NCBI RefSeq assembly: GCF_006345805.1
Contig: NW_021832531.1
Location: 62,001 to 126,000 of the forward strand
Length of the DNA: 64,000 nucleotides
DNA from: Octopus sinensis
Taxonomy: Eukaryota
Direction: 5' to 3'
Below, piece by piece: positions 48,881 through 62,060 of the stretch. Made by a program: the position numbers and the translations under genes. Numbering within the stretch: position 1 is the stretch's first letter; each line of letters starts with the position of its first letter. The notes below the pieces were generated by a model, which was given only the letters and a program-made list of their open reading frames with translations, did no database searches and was not told where the DNA came from.

Positions 48881-49199
48881 TTCGCTGATATACTAAATAT
48901 GCGAATTAGCATTTCCTTTTATATCAATCTTTTGCGGTTATGCGTATAATTTTACCAGTTTTTTTCGCTTATTTAATGGTTCAATACGTGAACAATAAAT
49001 CCATTTAATTGAATATATACCAGTACATTCTAATAAAAAGTCCAAATTGTATTGATTTAAAGTATTTTGTCTTTTAAATGAGCTTGCATTAATTTTTCTA
49101 GTGGTGGTAAAATAACAAAACTTTTTCCAAAATATTACTCAAAATTTTATTGAGGAAAATACGCCCAAAGTATTATTTTTTAATTTTATTCATTTGAAC

Positions 49200-49880
49200 A
49201 TTCACTAAAATTAGAGATTTGATTTTTTTTTGATCCATTGGAAAGTAAGATTTTGTTCTCTACATCTTAACCAGACGCTTCGCCACAGACTTTTACGTAA
49301 GGAACTTTTCGTTAAAACATTTGCCCATTTGATCGATGATAGCCCGTCGTCATCAACGTGGTTGAAATATGTGAATAACACTTCCCGATCAGAAGATATT
49401 TGCAGGATAGAATTTTTCCAATAATTAACGAAAACAGTGTAAAGTAAGCCGATGACTACTTAGTCACAAAGTGCTGGAGTATGCTTTATTATGATTACAC
49501 ATGTAGGGACAACAAAGTGATAAGGTCCCTCCATCTTCTGCACTGCAATAAATATGGCTTGAGGCAGTCCAGAAAGTTGTGAACCCATCGAGTTCAATCG
49601 GTATGTGAACTCGAAGGTGTGCATTAAATGGACACACCAATACGCACTTGGATTGTTGTCCGACACAACAAATCCGATATTGTGGTCTACGATAAGGTCA
49701 CTAGAAAAATTTTTTATTGTGGGAGTAGGAATAACATTCCTAAACTAGACAAAATCAAAAATGAGAAGACACATGAAATCAAATTCAAGGTTAATTTAAA
49801 ATAAAATAAGTCTACAAGACCTCAGTGAAATGAGAAATATTTTAGTCAGTTAACTCATATTAGCATGGCATGTCATCAAA
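49200..49880 (-). CDS. Uncharacterised, probably spliced, possible single-pass membrane protein
   Basis: Open frames separated by intron-like GT-AG segments; hydrophobic stretch VVIGLLYTVFVNYW. No family recognised. Confidence 0.3.
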
Positions 49881-50084
49881 GGTCAAGAATATGTATCTTT
49901 TAAAAACAGAACAATAAGCACAAAATAAACACGTTCTTTATAAAAATATATTTTTTAATAATTTTTAAAAAATAACTAATTAGATGAATTGTAAAAAAAA
50001 GATAATTACAATTTATCTCCTTTACATTTTATCTGCTAAACGATCCTCTTATGGGAAAGTCAAATAATAAAAAAGAAATTTAAA

Positions 50085-51142
50085 TTATGTAATCGAATTT
50101 AAAATTAAATCTGAACGTTCATAACTTATGGTTGCAAAGACGTTATCGTCTACCCATACTCCACCCTGAAGCATACTATCATCAATAATATATTCCCTGT
50201 GGTTTTCAATCTAATTATTACTACAAAAATACGACTTGTGAATTTATTATCCATGTTCTAGCTATGCCGTCTTCTCCGACTGATAACATGAGTTCAGTCT
50301 ATAATAATAATTTAAAAATTTTTAACATTTTTATTAATTTCCAGTGAGCGTATACATCGAGAATGAGCTTTGACAAAAAAGTGATGTGTATTATCAGATA
50401 AAGATTGAACGTCTATTCTTCCTTCGATATCCCCAGCGATTACTTGCATATTATGTAATGCAAGTGCTGAGATCACACTGTTAAATTGAGCTATTATTAA
50501 GTCTCAAACGTATTAAATTTTAATATTTTGTACACATTGAATTTTTGATTCCACAAAATCACAACACCTCTGTCATCTCCACTTGCTAAATAATTTGAAT
50601 CTTTTGCAAAATCACAAACAATTCCCAAATGTTCTAAATTGATTTTCTTTCTAAAGTACTTTTCAAAGTATGTAAATAAATAAATTGTTTGTTCTGATAC
50701 TGAAAACATAAAATACACCCATTTGACAATCCGACAAACAAAAAACCATTCCACTGAATAATTCCATTTGGGAAATGAGATTCTCCATTAAAAAAACGAA
50801 TTAGTAATACCTTCTAAATGTTTTTGGATGTAAATAGTTTGAAAAAGTTTGCCTGTTTCTGTGATATATATTTGTATGAAAGTGCTTGAAAGTATAATTA
50901 TATAAACTGAATTTTCTAAGTAACAGAATCCAGCCAAAAGTAATAAAAACTATAAAAACTTCGATTATGTAATTATGATCTGTCGATGATGCTGGGATTC
51001 TTTTTATTTCGTTTTTTGAGCCAATATTGACATAAATAATTTCATCGTGACAAACACAAAGAATCAAATTATTCTCAATCTTTAAATTTCGAAATTTATG
51101 CGATATAAGATTTCCAAGATCAATTTTCTCGATAATTACCAT
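50085..51142 (-). CDS. WDR54: WD-repeat protein WDR54-like, spliced
   Basis: HLGIVCD...LASGDDRGVVILW; VIAGDIEGRI; VKAHSRCIRSLE...LMLSVGEDG; DDSMLQG...FATISYE (cf. AHARAICALD...LSAGED...FAVTGYD). Confidence 0.72.
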
Positions 51143-52128
51143 TTATAAATATCAGCAACGACCTTTTCTTGTTTCCATGGAATTAAATTAATTTAATTTT
51201 TTGGGATTTTGTATCTATAAAATTAAATTTATGAAATTTACGAACAGTTAAAATGATATTTTTTTATTTGTTTGGAAAATATTCGGATCTTGATAAAACA
51301 AACAGAACAAGAATTGAATGAATATAGAATTTAATTAATAAATATTTTTAAAACAGTTATTGTATCATTGTTAGTAGAATAATCAAAATACAGTCCGACT
51401 TTCCGACTTTTAATTGGGCATACCTCGAGGGATGGAGCACCATTTTGAGAGAAAACTCCGTTTTGGTAATTATAAATTTTTCAACGAAATTATGAAAAAT
51501 TTTGGTCATATAACATTTTTATTTTGGACAATAATTTTTATTAAATAAAAATAATACCCCCGTCCCGTTAAAAAAAATTTAGAGCCCCAGAAAATCTTAC
51601 GACGACTTTTATATGACACATCGAGAGACGGAAACAGCTAGGGATCCTCTCTGCAATGACACATTTTTGATTATATTTAGAATCCCTGTTCTTACACACA
51701 ACTTTTGAGGCTTTTTATCTCTAATTAAAAAGAAACAATTGCCAGAGGATCTGTCTCTCAAAAAATACCCAAAGTTTTGGATGATGATATCTGAAAGATA
51801 AAAAAAAAACATTCAAAGTTTTGGATAACCAAAATATTAGTATCTGGGATTTATAAATAAATATTAAAAAACATTAATTAGCTCGTTTATTAAAGTTTCC
51901 TTCGATAATGAAATAAATTCACTTTCATAAATATTTTTAAAAATACAAAGAAATTTCGTTTCTAACATTTTATATTGATTTCTGCAGTGACCTATTTAAC
52001 AAATGTACTGTGATTTCTATGCAATATTTTATTGAATGTTTTTATTTCATTTATTAAAATTGATTTTAAATTATTAGACGTAAAGAAGTGATTATATAAA
52101 GTTTAAACTTGTACGTATTTGTGTCAAT

Positions 52129-53324
52129 ATGGAATGGATCAATAATGTAAAGCTTGATTTCAAAGACATTTTAATTGTCCCTAAGAAAAGCAAAGTCAAA
52201 AGCAGATCTAGCGTATTAAAAAATGTTCCCCATATTTATCATAGGTTAATTTGGAGACTAGTTATACATTCAAATATGCAACTGTCCCATTTAATGGAGT
52301 TCCTATAATGGCCAGTAATATGGATAGTATTGGTAATTTTCAAATGGCATCTGTTCTCTCTAAAGTAGCTGTATTTTATTTCTACTTAAAGTATAAAATA
52401 CACACTGTTATTTCCAAGCATTACAACACCGCAGAATGGCTTGAATTTGTAAAAAAGAACTCTGAATGTCTTCCAGTTGTGTGATGACGTAATCATTATA
52501 GTACGTTTCGGTTAGCACGGGACTTCACGATAAAGATTTGGAAAACGTTGTTAGCATTATAAAGGCAGTTCCCGATGTCAAATCAATCTGCATTGACGTG
52601 GCCAATGGATATATGGAAGATCTGTCGTTTTTTACTACTAAAGTCAGAAACCTTTATCCAAATCATATTATTATGGTCGGAAATGTGGTCACTGGAGAAG
52701 GAGTCAAAAAACTACTTAATTCTGGCGCTGATATAGTGAAAGTTGGGATAGGTTCTGGATCTGTTTGTACTACACGGATAATGACTGGAATTGGTTATCC
52801 CCAGTTTAGTGCTGTCTTGGAATGCGCAATCGCAGCCAAGGAATGCGGTGGGCATATTATTTCAGTTATACCTTTGATAATATATTTAGGATGGAGGTTG
52901 CGTATGTCCTGGAGACATTGTAAAAGCTTTTTCCGCTGGAGCCAGCTTTGTTATGATTGGTGGAATGTTTGCAGGGTACGATGAGAACGGAAGCGTAATC
53001 GAAACTGCTAACTCTTCTACAAAAACGATGTTATATTATGGAATGAGTTCAAAAACGGCTATGAATAAATATTCTGACTCAAATTTAGAAAATTACAGGT
53101 CGTGAAATTTTTAAATAAATTTTAGAGGATCTGAAGGGAGAACTATCCGCATAAAATGCCGAGGATCTATAATTCCAGCCATTAACGACATCTTTCATGG
53201 ACTAAGATCTGCTTGTTCGTATGTCGGAGCAGAGCAACTAGAGGACATTTCTAAGGAAGTCTCCTTTATTCGTGTGGCTCGACAATATAATGACGTTTAC
53301 GCACCTTTTACTGTTGGGGATTAA
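52129..53324 (+). CDS. GMPR: GMP reductase (GMPR/GuaC type), 5 introns
   Basis: KLDFKDILIVPKKS..KSRS; PIMASNMD; ICIDVANGY; VKVGIGSGSVCTTR..TGIGYPQ (catalytic Cys); SDGGC..PGDI.KAF.AGA.FVM.GGM; YGMSS; SEGRT; GLRSACSYVGA. Confidence 0.95.
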
Positions 53325-54572
53325 TATATCTTCTTATTTATTAACATGGTTTAGATTTATTTAAAAATTTGTTTAATTGTTTTTATCGTTAATTAATCTT
53401 ATTTTTATAAGGAGTTAGTTTAAAATTAATGAGTAGTAAGACTGGATATATTTTTAGTTAAGTTTTTTTAGGAAAATAATCTTTCCCAGTTTAGCTAATG
53501 TTTTAAATGTCATTAATCATATTCCGAGATCCGAGTCAGTATTTAGATCTAATTTTTGCAAAAGTTAAAACTTCGAAATAAATACTTAGCTAAAGTTATT
53601 TCTATCTTCATTTATCTAGAGAAAATGTATTTCTTGTTTCTTTCAATAATTGTATCCACTTTTTACTTAATTTTAATAAAATAAATATTAACATATGTTT
53701 TTAGAAGTTGCACGATAAAAACTATAAAATAGCTTCCAAAGCACATATAAATTTCCTTTTGTTTTACCTATATTTTAATAACTTGTTATTTTAGCAATCA
53801 TCACACAGGAAATTCCCACTAAACTGATTAAAACAGAAAACGTTGAAAAAAAATTGAATAATATTTTTTAAATTTCTCATGTTTATAAAAGTGAATTTCG
53901 AACACAATGTAAAGTTAATGAGATTTTTTCAAATAATATGTGAGTTTGACGTAAGTTGATATTCAACTGAGCTGAGAATCTTTAAATTTTAAAAAACCAC
54001 TGATAGTAAGCTGATATAAAGATGCGAATTAATGAAAATTAATTTTCAGGCAATTTAAGTATTTTCTACACATTTTTGGTAACCCAATACAACAAATACT
54101 TACATAATACTTACATATTTTCGGCCGACTTTTTTAAAATCCTGCAGGAAAAATCATATTTGACCTTGCTTGTATTGGGTGTTGTCATGACATTTTTGCA
54201 ATTTCTCTCGATCCTCTCCCTATATCAAATAACCTCTAATTTATATAAAATGGTAAAAATACTATATAATTATCCAAAATATGCTATTTTTAGCTCTTAT
54301 TCAACTTGTTCATAAACTGGAAGCTCTGACCGGGTTTGACAAGTAACGCCGTCATGAGCATCTTATCAGATACGGACTCCCCATGGAAATGGATTCATGG
54401 GATGGGATGTTGAGCTTCCTAGCGTTTATTTGGGCGCACTACAATAGTAAAAACTTTAAGAGAAGAGTAATTAATGGTTTTCCTACCTCAGAATTAGTTA
54501 AAAAGAATTAACTTTCTTGTTCTTTTTTTTTCTTAAAAAAATTGTGTACCTGGCACAAGCAAAGTCCTAGAT

Positions 54573-55053
54573 TAGGAGTGGCCAACTTTTATCACCGGCG
54601 AGGTACTTTTCATATTGCGATTTTTTGGCAATCGACTTATATATTTTAATAAAACAGTTTTTATTTTATAATTGAAAGTTAATGGAATTTTTGGCATTGG
54701 TAATTCTGGCTCATCATACTTTAAAATGATGTCTCGCATAAATATATGCTTCCAAAGCATGAAAGAATTCATTGATACGAATCAATGAATATTGGATATT
54801 TTTCTGGAGACATAAATCTCCACATGTTGAAATTGGTAAAATTTTTTTTCGGATTTGAGATATCCATATTTCTAACTTCATTATGAAAGCATTTATTGAG
54901 CTGATCATATCGATAATATATGAATTCCTTTCCTGTAATTCTAAATTAAGTTCATTCAGTTTTGTAATAATATCAGTTAAAAAACTAGGTAATTTACATA
55001 TCGAAGGCGATTGACTAAGAAATGCACCGCGATCGACTGGTTGGCCACCTCTG
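54573..55053 (-). mobile_element. Older Buster-type hAT deletion derivative, family 5 (about 480 bp)
   Basis: Terminal CAGAGGTGGCCAACC versus imperfect TAGGAGTGGCCAAC. Diverged TA-centred flanks TCCTAGAT / CCTTAGGT. Remnant FLTDIITKLNELNLELQ...MISSINAF. Confidence 0.75.
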
Positions 55054-56002
55054 CCTTAGGTGCTTATGGCTACTTGCTTTAATTATTTGTTCATAGATCC
55101 AAACAAATCAACAACAGATCGAGCCGTGTCTATAAAAGAGATTGCTGCAAGTGTAGGAAACGTGGTTCTCGTAGTTTTCAAGAAATTCTTTCCCACATTT
55201 TCAGAACGATTCAATGAACCGTTGGAAGTATTCTTTTCGCCATCTTTATTTTAACTAAGTCTGTTTGACCAAAAACTTGTCTTGTTATCGATTTCTAAAC
55301 AGTTTCAATTTTCACATTGATGACCTGAACTTTACCAAAAGTTTGGTAGAGTTAGGCCTTATTTATACCAGTATTCGTGTATAAAGACTTCTCTTTTGTT
55401 TCTCGAATTGGACTTGAAGAAAGGCATTTCTTTCATTTTGAGGTTAAGTTGATTGTTTTAAGTAAATTCTTGTAACTTATCTGCTTATTCCCCTCTTTCT
55501 ATCCTTTTACTTTTTTAATTAGAATATTTAACGGACGTTCAGTAGAATTTTTCATTTCCTCAAAAGTTATATTGGCACCTTTAAAAACGTGAAAAGGATG
55601 AATCTCATACTTTCAAGTCTTTCCATTATAATTTTATTTGTCGAAAGAATGGGTAGTCTATTATTGAAAGAGAAAATAATATATAAGCAATTAAACTTTT
55701 TAGATACCAAGATTTGATAAGAATTTTTTTTAATTAGTTAAGATTTTTGATGTGTTTTGTTTAACACTGGCAGATAGTGTGTAAAAGATCATTTTTCAAT
55801 ATTTGGTGAAATAAATCGCCTAATACATTCTGTCTTTTTTTACTGACTAAAAATTTACCAATATTTGTTTAATTTTTACGAGTTTACTACTTATTAAAAG
55901 TAAAATTATTTCTAACTAAATTAATATAAACAAAACATTTTAAGACCAAATTTATTAAAAATAACTAGAAAATGAGTACTAACAAAGAAAATGAAACAAT
56001 AA

Positions 56003-59000
56003 TTAAAGCTGAGCAAAACACTCGTCGATTACCAGTTTCAACCTACTAGAAGAAGCTTTAAAATCGTCAAGTGAAATATCGGACGATAACCACAAATTTT
56101 TGATATCCTCATCTGAATGCTTCCACTTCCTCAAAGCTTTCAGTATTTCTGAGATAAAGTCCGGTCCCGAATTGTCTGACTTGACCACATTAAATATTCC
56201 ACGAATGTCTAAGGCAGGCCCACAGCAACGAATCACAATTTCCGCCATGTCAACCAATGCCATCGGGCAATCATAATCGTAGATTAATTTATCAACCGAC
56301 TCCATCATTGCCCCAACCCTACAAATTAACGAATCCTCCTACAATTCGTGAATTATTTGTGGATTCAGCAGACCTCGCTTCTGTAACTCTTCAAAAAAGG
56401 AGAGAAAAAATTGTTTTTGTTTGGCCAACATTTCTTCGCAATATCGAAACAGCAATTCATTCAAAAAATCAACCACTGATACAGTTTGCAATACACCACG
56501 GAATATGGAAATACACGACTGGGAATAAGCATAAACTATTACCTCAAGGTCACAATCCTTCGAAGAATCGACAATCCTATCCGTCTTCTCTTCAATCTCC
56601 TTTTGACTGAGTTTCACCAAAGTTCCAAAAGATTTAACATCGGATACTCCAAGACGACTAGAATAACAACTAACGAATACATATTCGCTCCACTCAAATC
56701 CAATTCGTTAGGAAGAACATTAAATGGCAAATCCTTAAAATTGAATGTTGACTCCTGAGACTTATTATCCAACGTTTTCTTCTTCTGAGAAAAGCTACTT
56801 TGAGTTCTTTGTTGATTATAGCCCTTTTTTGTCAATATTTATTAAAATTACATCACTGATGTTGGATTTGCCCACAACCTTGAACCCGTCCTTTATACTT
56901 GACTGGACTTCTGAACTCGGTGCAGGTCCCTTCCCACCAGTTTTCTTATTTTTCTGTAAATAAAGTTGTTTGGATTGCTGGAGCTCGGCAATACACAATT
57001 TGTCTTTACTGTGACTTGGAGCAAGCATGAAATTAGACTAGACTATACACGACAAATTGTACTTTGAAATCATCGACGAGATCCATGACAGTGAAGGCCA
57101 CAGTCATGTCCTTACACTTAGTACAGGACCCCAAATAATCCATAATTTCACCAAGTTTCTACAATTAATAAAAACTAAACCTTCTTGTCCTGAACTGAAA
57201 TTTTACGTCCAATGATCGACACAATTCGACACAGACAAACCACATCAGACAACACAGTCGAGGACTGCAGCTTACTCAGCAGAGAGCATAAAGTATCGTT
57301 CGTTATGAGATCAAGATTATACAACCATCCGAACAAACTGAAATATGGAAACGACAGTTTATACCAGGCAGATCTCAATATTCTCGAACGCTGTTTTTCT
57401 TCTCCGTCTGCAATATCCACACTCAGAGGCTCAAGTTCTTTCACTCTGGGAGATTGCGGGTCTTTTTCAATCTCCTTTAAATTAGTTTTAAAACATTAAT
57501 TTTACCTTCAATAGGTTTGAGAGAGTATCTTTCATAGCCACTAAACTTTCCACAGGATCGTGTCTTCTTTGGAGCACATCCAGACAACCAGTTAATATCC
57601 CCTCAGAGATTGTCCCATATGTCCTCTATAACTAAGAATCATAAAAACATACAGACAAATCCTTGATGAGATAAGCCAGAGGAATCAAAGAGTGAGTAGA
57701 CGATATTATAGACTTGAATAAGACTATATAAATACATTTAAGAGTGCTGCTGCGCATTCCTGAATAAAATTGAAATTCGAAGCAATCTTGGAAATAGCCA
57801 ACTCACACTCCGCAACACACTCCCCGTAGTTACTGGGCGTAAGTCTGTTCACGTGTCGAATAACCTCCCGCAATGGTTTCTGTGTGGGTGACACAAATAG
57901 GAATAACCTGGTTGTCTTTTCCAAGAACCATTGCGTCACTCGAAGTACCGAGGTTGCTGTGACGGACTTTCTCCACGACTTTACGCTCTTTGGCCGAGGA
58001 TGTTCGGTACACCGAATCGAGTGATTTCTAAATTGTCAATTTTAATTATCTACGGCTTCTTTTTCGTAATTTAATTTGGATTCTTCTGATTCTTCCGGCT
58101 TCCCCAGGTGTATCATGTCTTTCATTGAATAACGCACTCTCTTGGGCTCTACGATCCATCAACCACACAAAATACTCTTTGGCTCTTCTGGTTTGACCTC
58201 GACGGTAACCTCTTCCTTTTTCTCCACCACAGCAGAAGCCTCTTTCTCGTTTGCTTGGGGAACCACGTCTGAAGACTCTCCATTAATAAGTTCTCGATCA
58301 ATTCTGGCAAGTTCTAATAAGCTAATTGAGATATATACTGACCTTCCTTATCAGCAATAACCACCCCATTCTCATCAAAAATGGGCTTTCCGGAATTCTT
58401 GTATACGGCAAATGCTGCGAAAGAACAGCCCGAAAGTTCGCTGATGGTCATAATGTTCTGGACTTTATGCAAGACCAAGTGGTAATTCGAATCAATATCC
58501 TTCTTTCTTTCAAGGTTTTCGGATTGTGACACAATGGGGACTTCGGAGACAGGAGAGACTTCCAACTCTTCTTCTGGAAGCACAACATCGTCAAGAAGAT
58601 CAAAATCATCGATCTCTAAATCGCCTTCAAACAAATCCCCGAATTCTTCATGTACTTTCTTGTCAGTCTCTATCCTGGCATTTTCTTGTTCCAGCAACCA
58701 CGACTCTCCCTAAACGTATAAATCAACATCCCACCTTCTTTTTATTTTCAAGATAGTCTGACACTTCCTCCAAAGTTTTGCCCTGCAGATATTTTATTCC
58801 TTTGGCTGCCCAATCCATTAAACTCTTTTTGGTCATCTCGGCCTGTCAATCAACCAAAATAAAGACAACTTCTTTCCGAGCCAAATTTATCTTTTCCTGT
58901 AACTGAATTTTCGTCTCTTCCAACAAAGCGGTACGTTCACGATTTTTTGCTTCCTCTTCTAAAAATATATTCGATTTCATAACCTTCCATATCCGGAATA

Positions 59001-59830
59001 CAAATTTCGACATGTTTTCCCTAAGAATGAATATTCCTTTACTTACCGATTGTTTGTCAGAATACATCTTATCCAGTTTACTGCTACTTTGATTGCTCAA
59101 ATGCTTATGGATGTTGCTTATATCAGCAATTACATCATCCACGTTCTGTAATAAAAGATTAAAACACAACATACAATTTTGTTAGCCTAAAAACATAAAT
59201 CACAATTACAAACCGATATTTTTGAACTGATTTCCATTTTTACAGCAGCAAGACACTCTTTTTGGTCAGCAATTTCTAAAACCATTTTTATAAATTCAAA
59301 TCACCCTTTCGCACCTTTTCTCTTAACTAAAATTAATAAAAATAACAAAACCTCTTCCATTTCCTCTTCATTCATTTTTGAGAGTTCTTCTGGAGTTTTA
59401 CGATTAAGATATTCTTTGATTTTTTTAATTACTAAAACTTAGTTATATTAATAACATAAAAATTCATCCGACTTGAAGTTGTCAGCTACTTTTATTTGTG
59501 TAGAAGAATCAGTTTTATTTGGAAGCTCCTTATAATATAAATAATATTTTTAAATACTTTCGGGCGATGTGTGTTTTCCATGTTTTGAATTGGATAATAA
59601 GAAGTATCAAATCCTAACGAATTGGGGATGAATGAGCCACCAGATTGGTCATAAATAGGTGTATATGGATAGTTTAATGGGTTATAGTTAGCCTAGAAAT
59701 AAATAATGAGGGGATTTGATACATATATTGGGAGAAAAAACATTCCTTGATTGGGTACTGCCATGGGATTCGCGCCTGCTGAATGGATGAGGTTGTTTGG
59801 TTTTTCCCCAGTTAAGTCGGATTGCATCCC
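56003..59830 (-). CDS. EIF4G: eIF4G-like protein (P/Y-rich N-terminus, coiled-coil region, putative eIF4E-binding motif, MIF4G, MA3); start approximate
   Basis: LREVIRHVNRLTPSNY; SLFGWLYNLDLIT...VVCLCRIVSIIGRK (MIF4G); DKLIYDYDCPMALVDMAEIV (MA3); KRVRYSMKDMIHL (Y-x4-M-I). Confidence 0.7.
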
Positions 59831-60229
59831 AGCTAAGTATGATAATAATAAAATATATGTTTTAATATTTATAATAATAATGATAAATATTAATATAAAG
59901 TAGAATCAATAGAGAAAAATAAATAATTGAATGTATTTAATACATGACGATACTCACCAACGAGAACGCGTAATAACGAGAAAGTAATTAAGTTTTATAA
60001 TTTTAATTAAATTTATTTTAAATTAATATAATTTAATTATAATAAGAATTTTCGTTAGTAGTTTCTTACGACTTAAAAACAAGTAAAAAAAACTGACTGA
60101 GTAAAACATGTTCTAAATAATACTCCAAAAATAACTTTAATAAAATATTTACTGAATTAAATTTAAAAATAATATTTTCAATATTAAAAAAATAATAAAT
60201 TATTAACAAGAATCTGCTGTGGTGTGTGC
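59831..60229. promoter_or_regulatory. Probable bidirectional promoter between the eIF4G-like gene and PLRG1
   Basis: Head-to-head genes about 400 bp apart. The AT-rich spacer contains a repeated AACGAGAA (about 59958 and 59973). Confidence 0.35.
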
Positions 60230-61912
60230 ATGGAGGATGTATTTCACTTTATAATAACATATAGCCAATAGTCAAACAAACATTACAGACTCTGGTCTTT
60301 CGATCACTCAAAAGAACTCACGATATGTTCATTTCTGAGGCTTCTGACATTGCATTTGATAATGACCTGAGGTTTTGTCTTCTACTTTACTTCAGTGACT
60401 GTCTAAGTCTAAAAACTAAGCTAAGTTCTCGATTTGGAATGGCCCAAATTGCCAAACCAAATTCAGTGGACGAAATACTTAACCCAAGACGTTCTAATTA
60501 TATATAAATCAAATAGAAACCACAAAAGATATTTCATTTCCCGCCAATTTTATTCAAAATCCACAAAAGTATTTAAAATCAATAATTTTTAGTGGAAATT
60601 CAGAAAAGACGACTTGTCAGGTATTTTCAACAAATTTAAATTAAAAGCAACTTGTGTTGTCCAATGACAAAAAACTAGAGAAATATAAGGCTCCAGTGAC
60701 CCACAAACCAGATTGGCACCCTCCGTGGAAATTATACAGAGTTTGGTGTTTTATTTGAATTTTAGGTTTTGTGTGGTCACGTGGGTTGGGTGAGATCCCT
60801 TTCAGTCGAGCCGGGCAATTCTTGGTTCGCTTCTGGGGGAGCCGACCGAATTATTAAGGTTTAAATGATGGTTATTGAATGTGTCAGATTTGGGATTTGG
60901 CTTCAGGAGAGTTAAAGTTGTCTTTGACAGGACATGTGGGGTCAGTCCGAGGTGTCGTTGTGAGTCATAATCATCCCTATTTATTCTCCTGTGGAGATGA
61001 CAAACAGATTAAATGTTGGGATTTGGAATGTAACAAGGTATTATTTAGAATTGAGTTTTATTATTATTTTTAGGTTATTAGACACTATCATGGCCATCTG
61101 AATGGCATATTCACGATTGATCTTCACCCTAAACTGGACATACTTTTTACAGGAGGAGCTGATTCCACTGCAAGGGTAACACAGGTGTGTGACAGTAGGT
61201 GTGGGATATGAGGACTAAGGCATGTATTAATACGTTGGCCAGTCATTCCAGTACTGTTGCTGTTGTTAAATCACAGCAATACGAGCCTCAGGTGGTGATT
61301 GGGTGTTGATTTTAAAGTTAATGACAGGAAGTCATGACCATACTATCAGGTTGTGGGATTTGAGGACATGTCGTACCCACGCTACATTGACACATCACAA
61401 GAAGAGTATTCGAGCAATCTCCATTCATCCTTCTCTGTTGATTTAAGTCATAATGTGAGCAGATATTGTTTTGCTTCTGCCTCTCCTGATAATATAAAAC
61501 AGTTTAAATGTCCCGATGGTGTGTTTATGCAAAATCTGAGCGGACATAAGTCGATTATAAATGCATTGGCTGTCAATGACGACAATGTTTTAGTTTCGGG
61601 GGGTATTTTGTGGTTTCGAATTGTTTTAGGTGACAATGGGACACTCTACTTTTGGGATTGGAAGACGGGGTATAATTTCCAGAGATACCACGCCCCGGTA
61701 CATCCTGGGTCTATGGACGCCGAAAGTGGGATTTTTGGATTGACTTTTGACATTTCTGGAAGTAGGTTAATCACTGCAGAGGCAGACAAGACAATAAAGA
61801 TATATAAGGAGGACTCTACTGCGGTGAGTGTTGGTGTTTGTTAGTAATTTAGACTGAGGAATCACATCCTGTTGACTGGAAACCTGAAATTTTTAGACGC
61901 TCTAAATTCTGA
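60230..61912 (+). CDS. PLRG1: Pleiotropic regulator 1 (Prp46), spliced
   Basis: [14 protein letters not shown]; [17 protein letters not shown]; GHVGWVRS; [16 protein letters not shown]; [11 protein letters not shown]; [11 protein letters not shown]; [18 protein letters not shown]; HPVDWKPEI. Confidence 0.96.
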
Positions 61913-62060
61913 TTTTGTTTTTGACTAAATTGAGTTTTTATGGTTAGAATTGATTTTTTATTTAGTTTAAAGAAAAATAATTTTTTATTCTTTGATAAAT
62001 AGTCTGTTTAAATCACATAGATGAAAACTATCAAAAAATATTATTTCAAAATATAAAAAA

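Noticed and set aside
51380-51810. Possible transposon termini upstream of GMPR
   Set aside because: GC-richer patches without paired TIRs, TSD or transposase motifs.
54050-55650. Second Frag1/DRAM-like membrane-protein gene interrupted by hAT family 5
   Set aside because: It requires two frame corrections and the similarity is too loose to call. It remains a possible degenerate gene.
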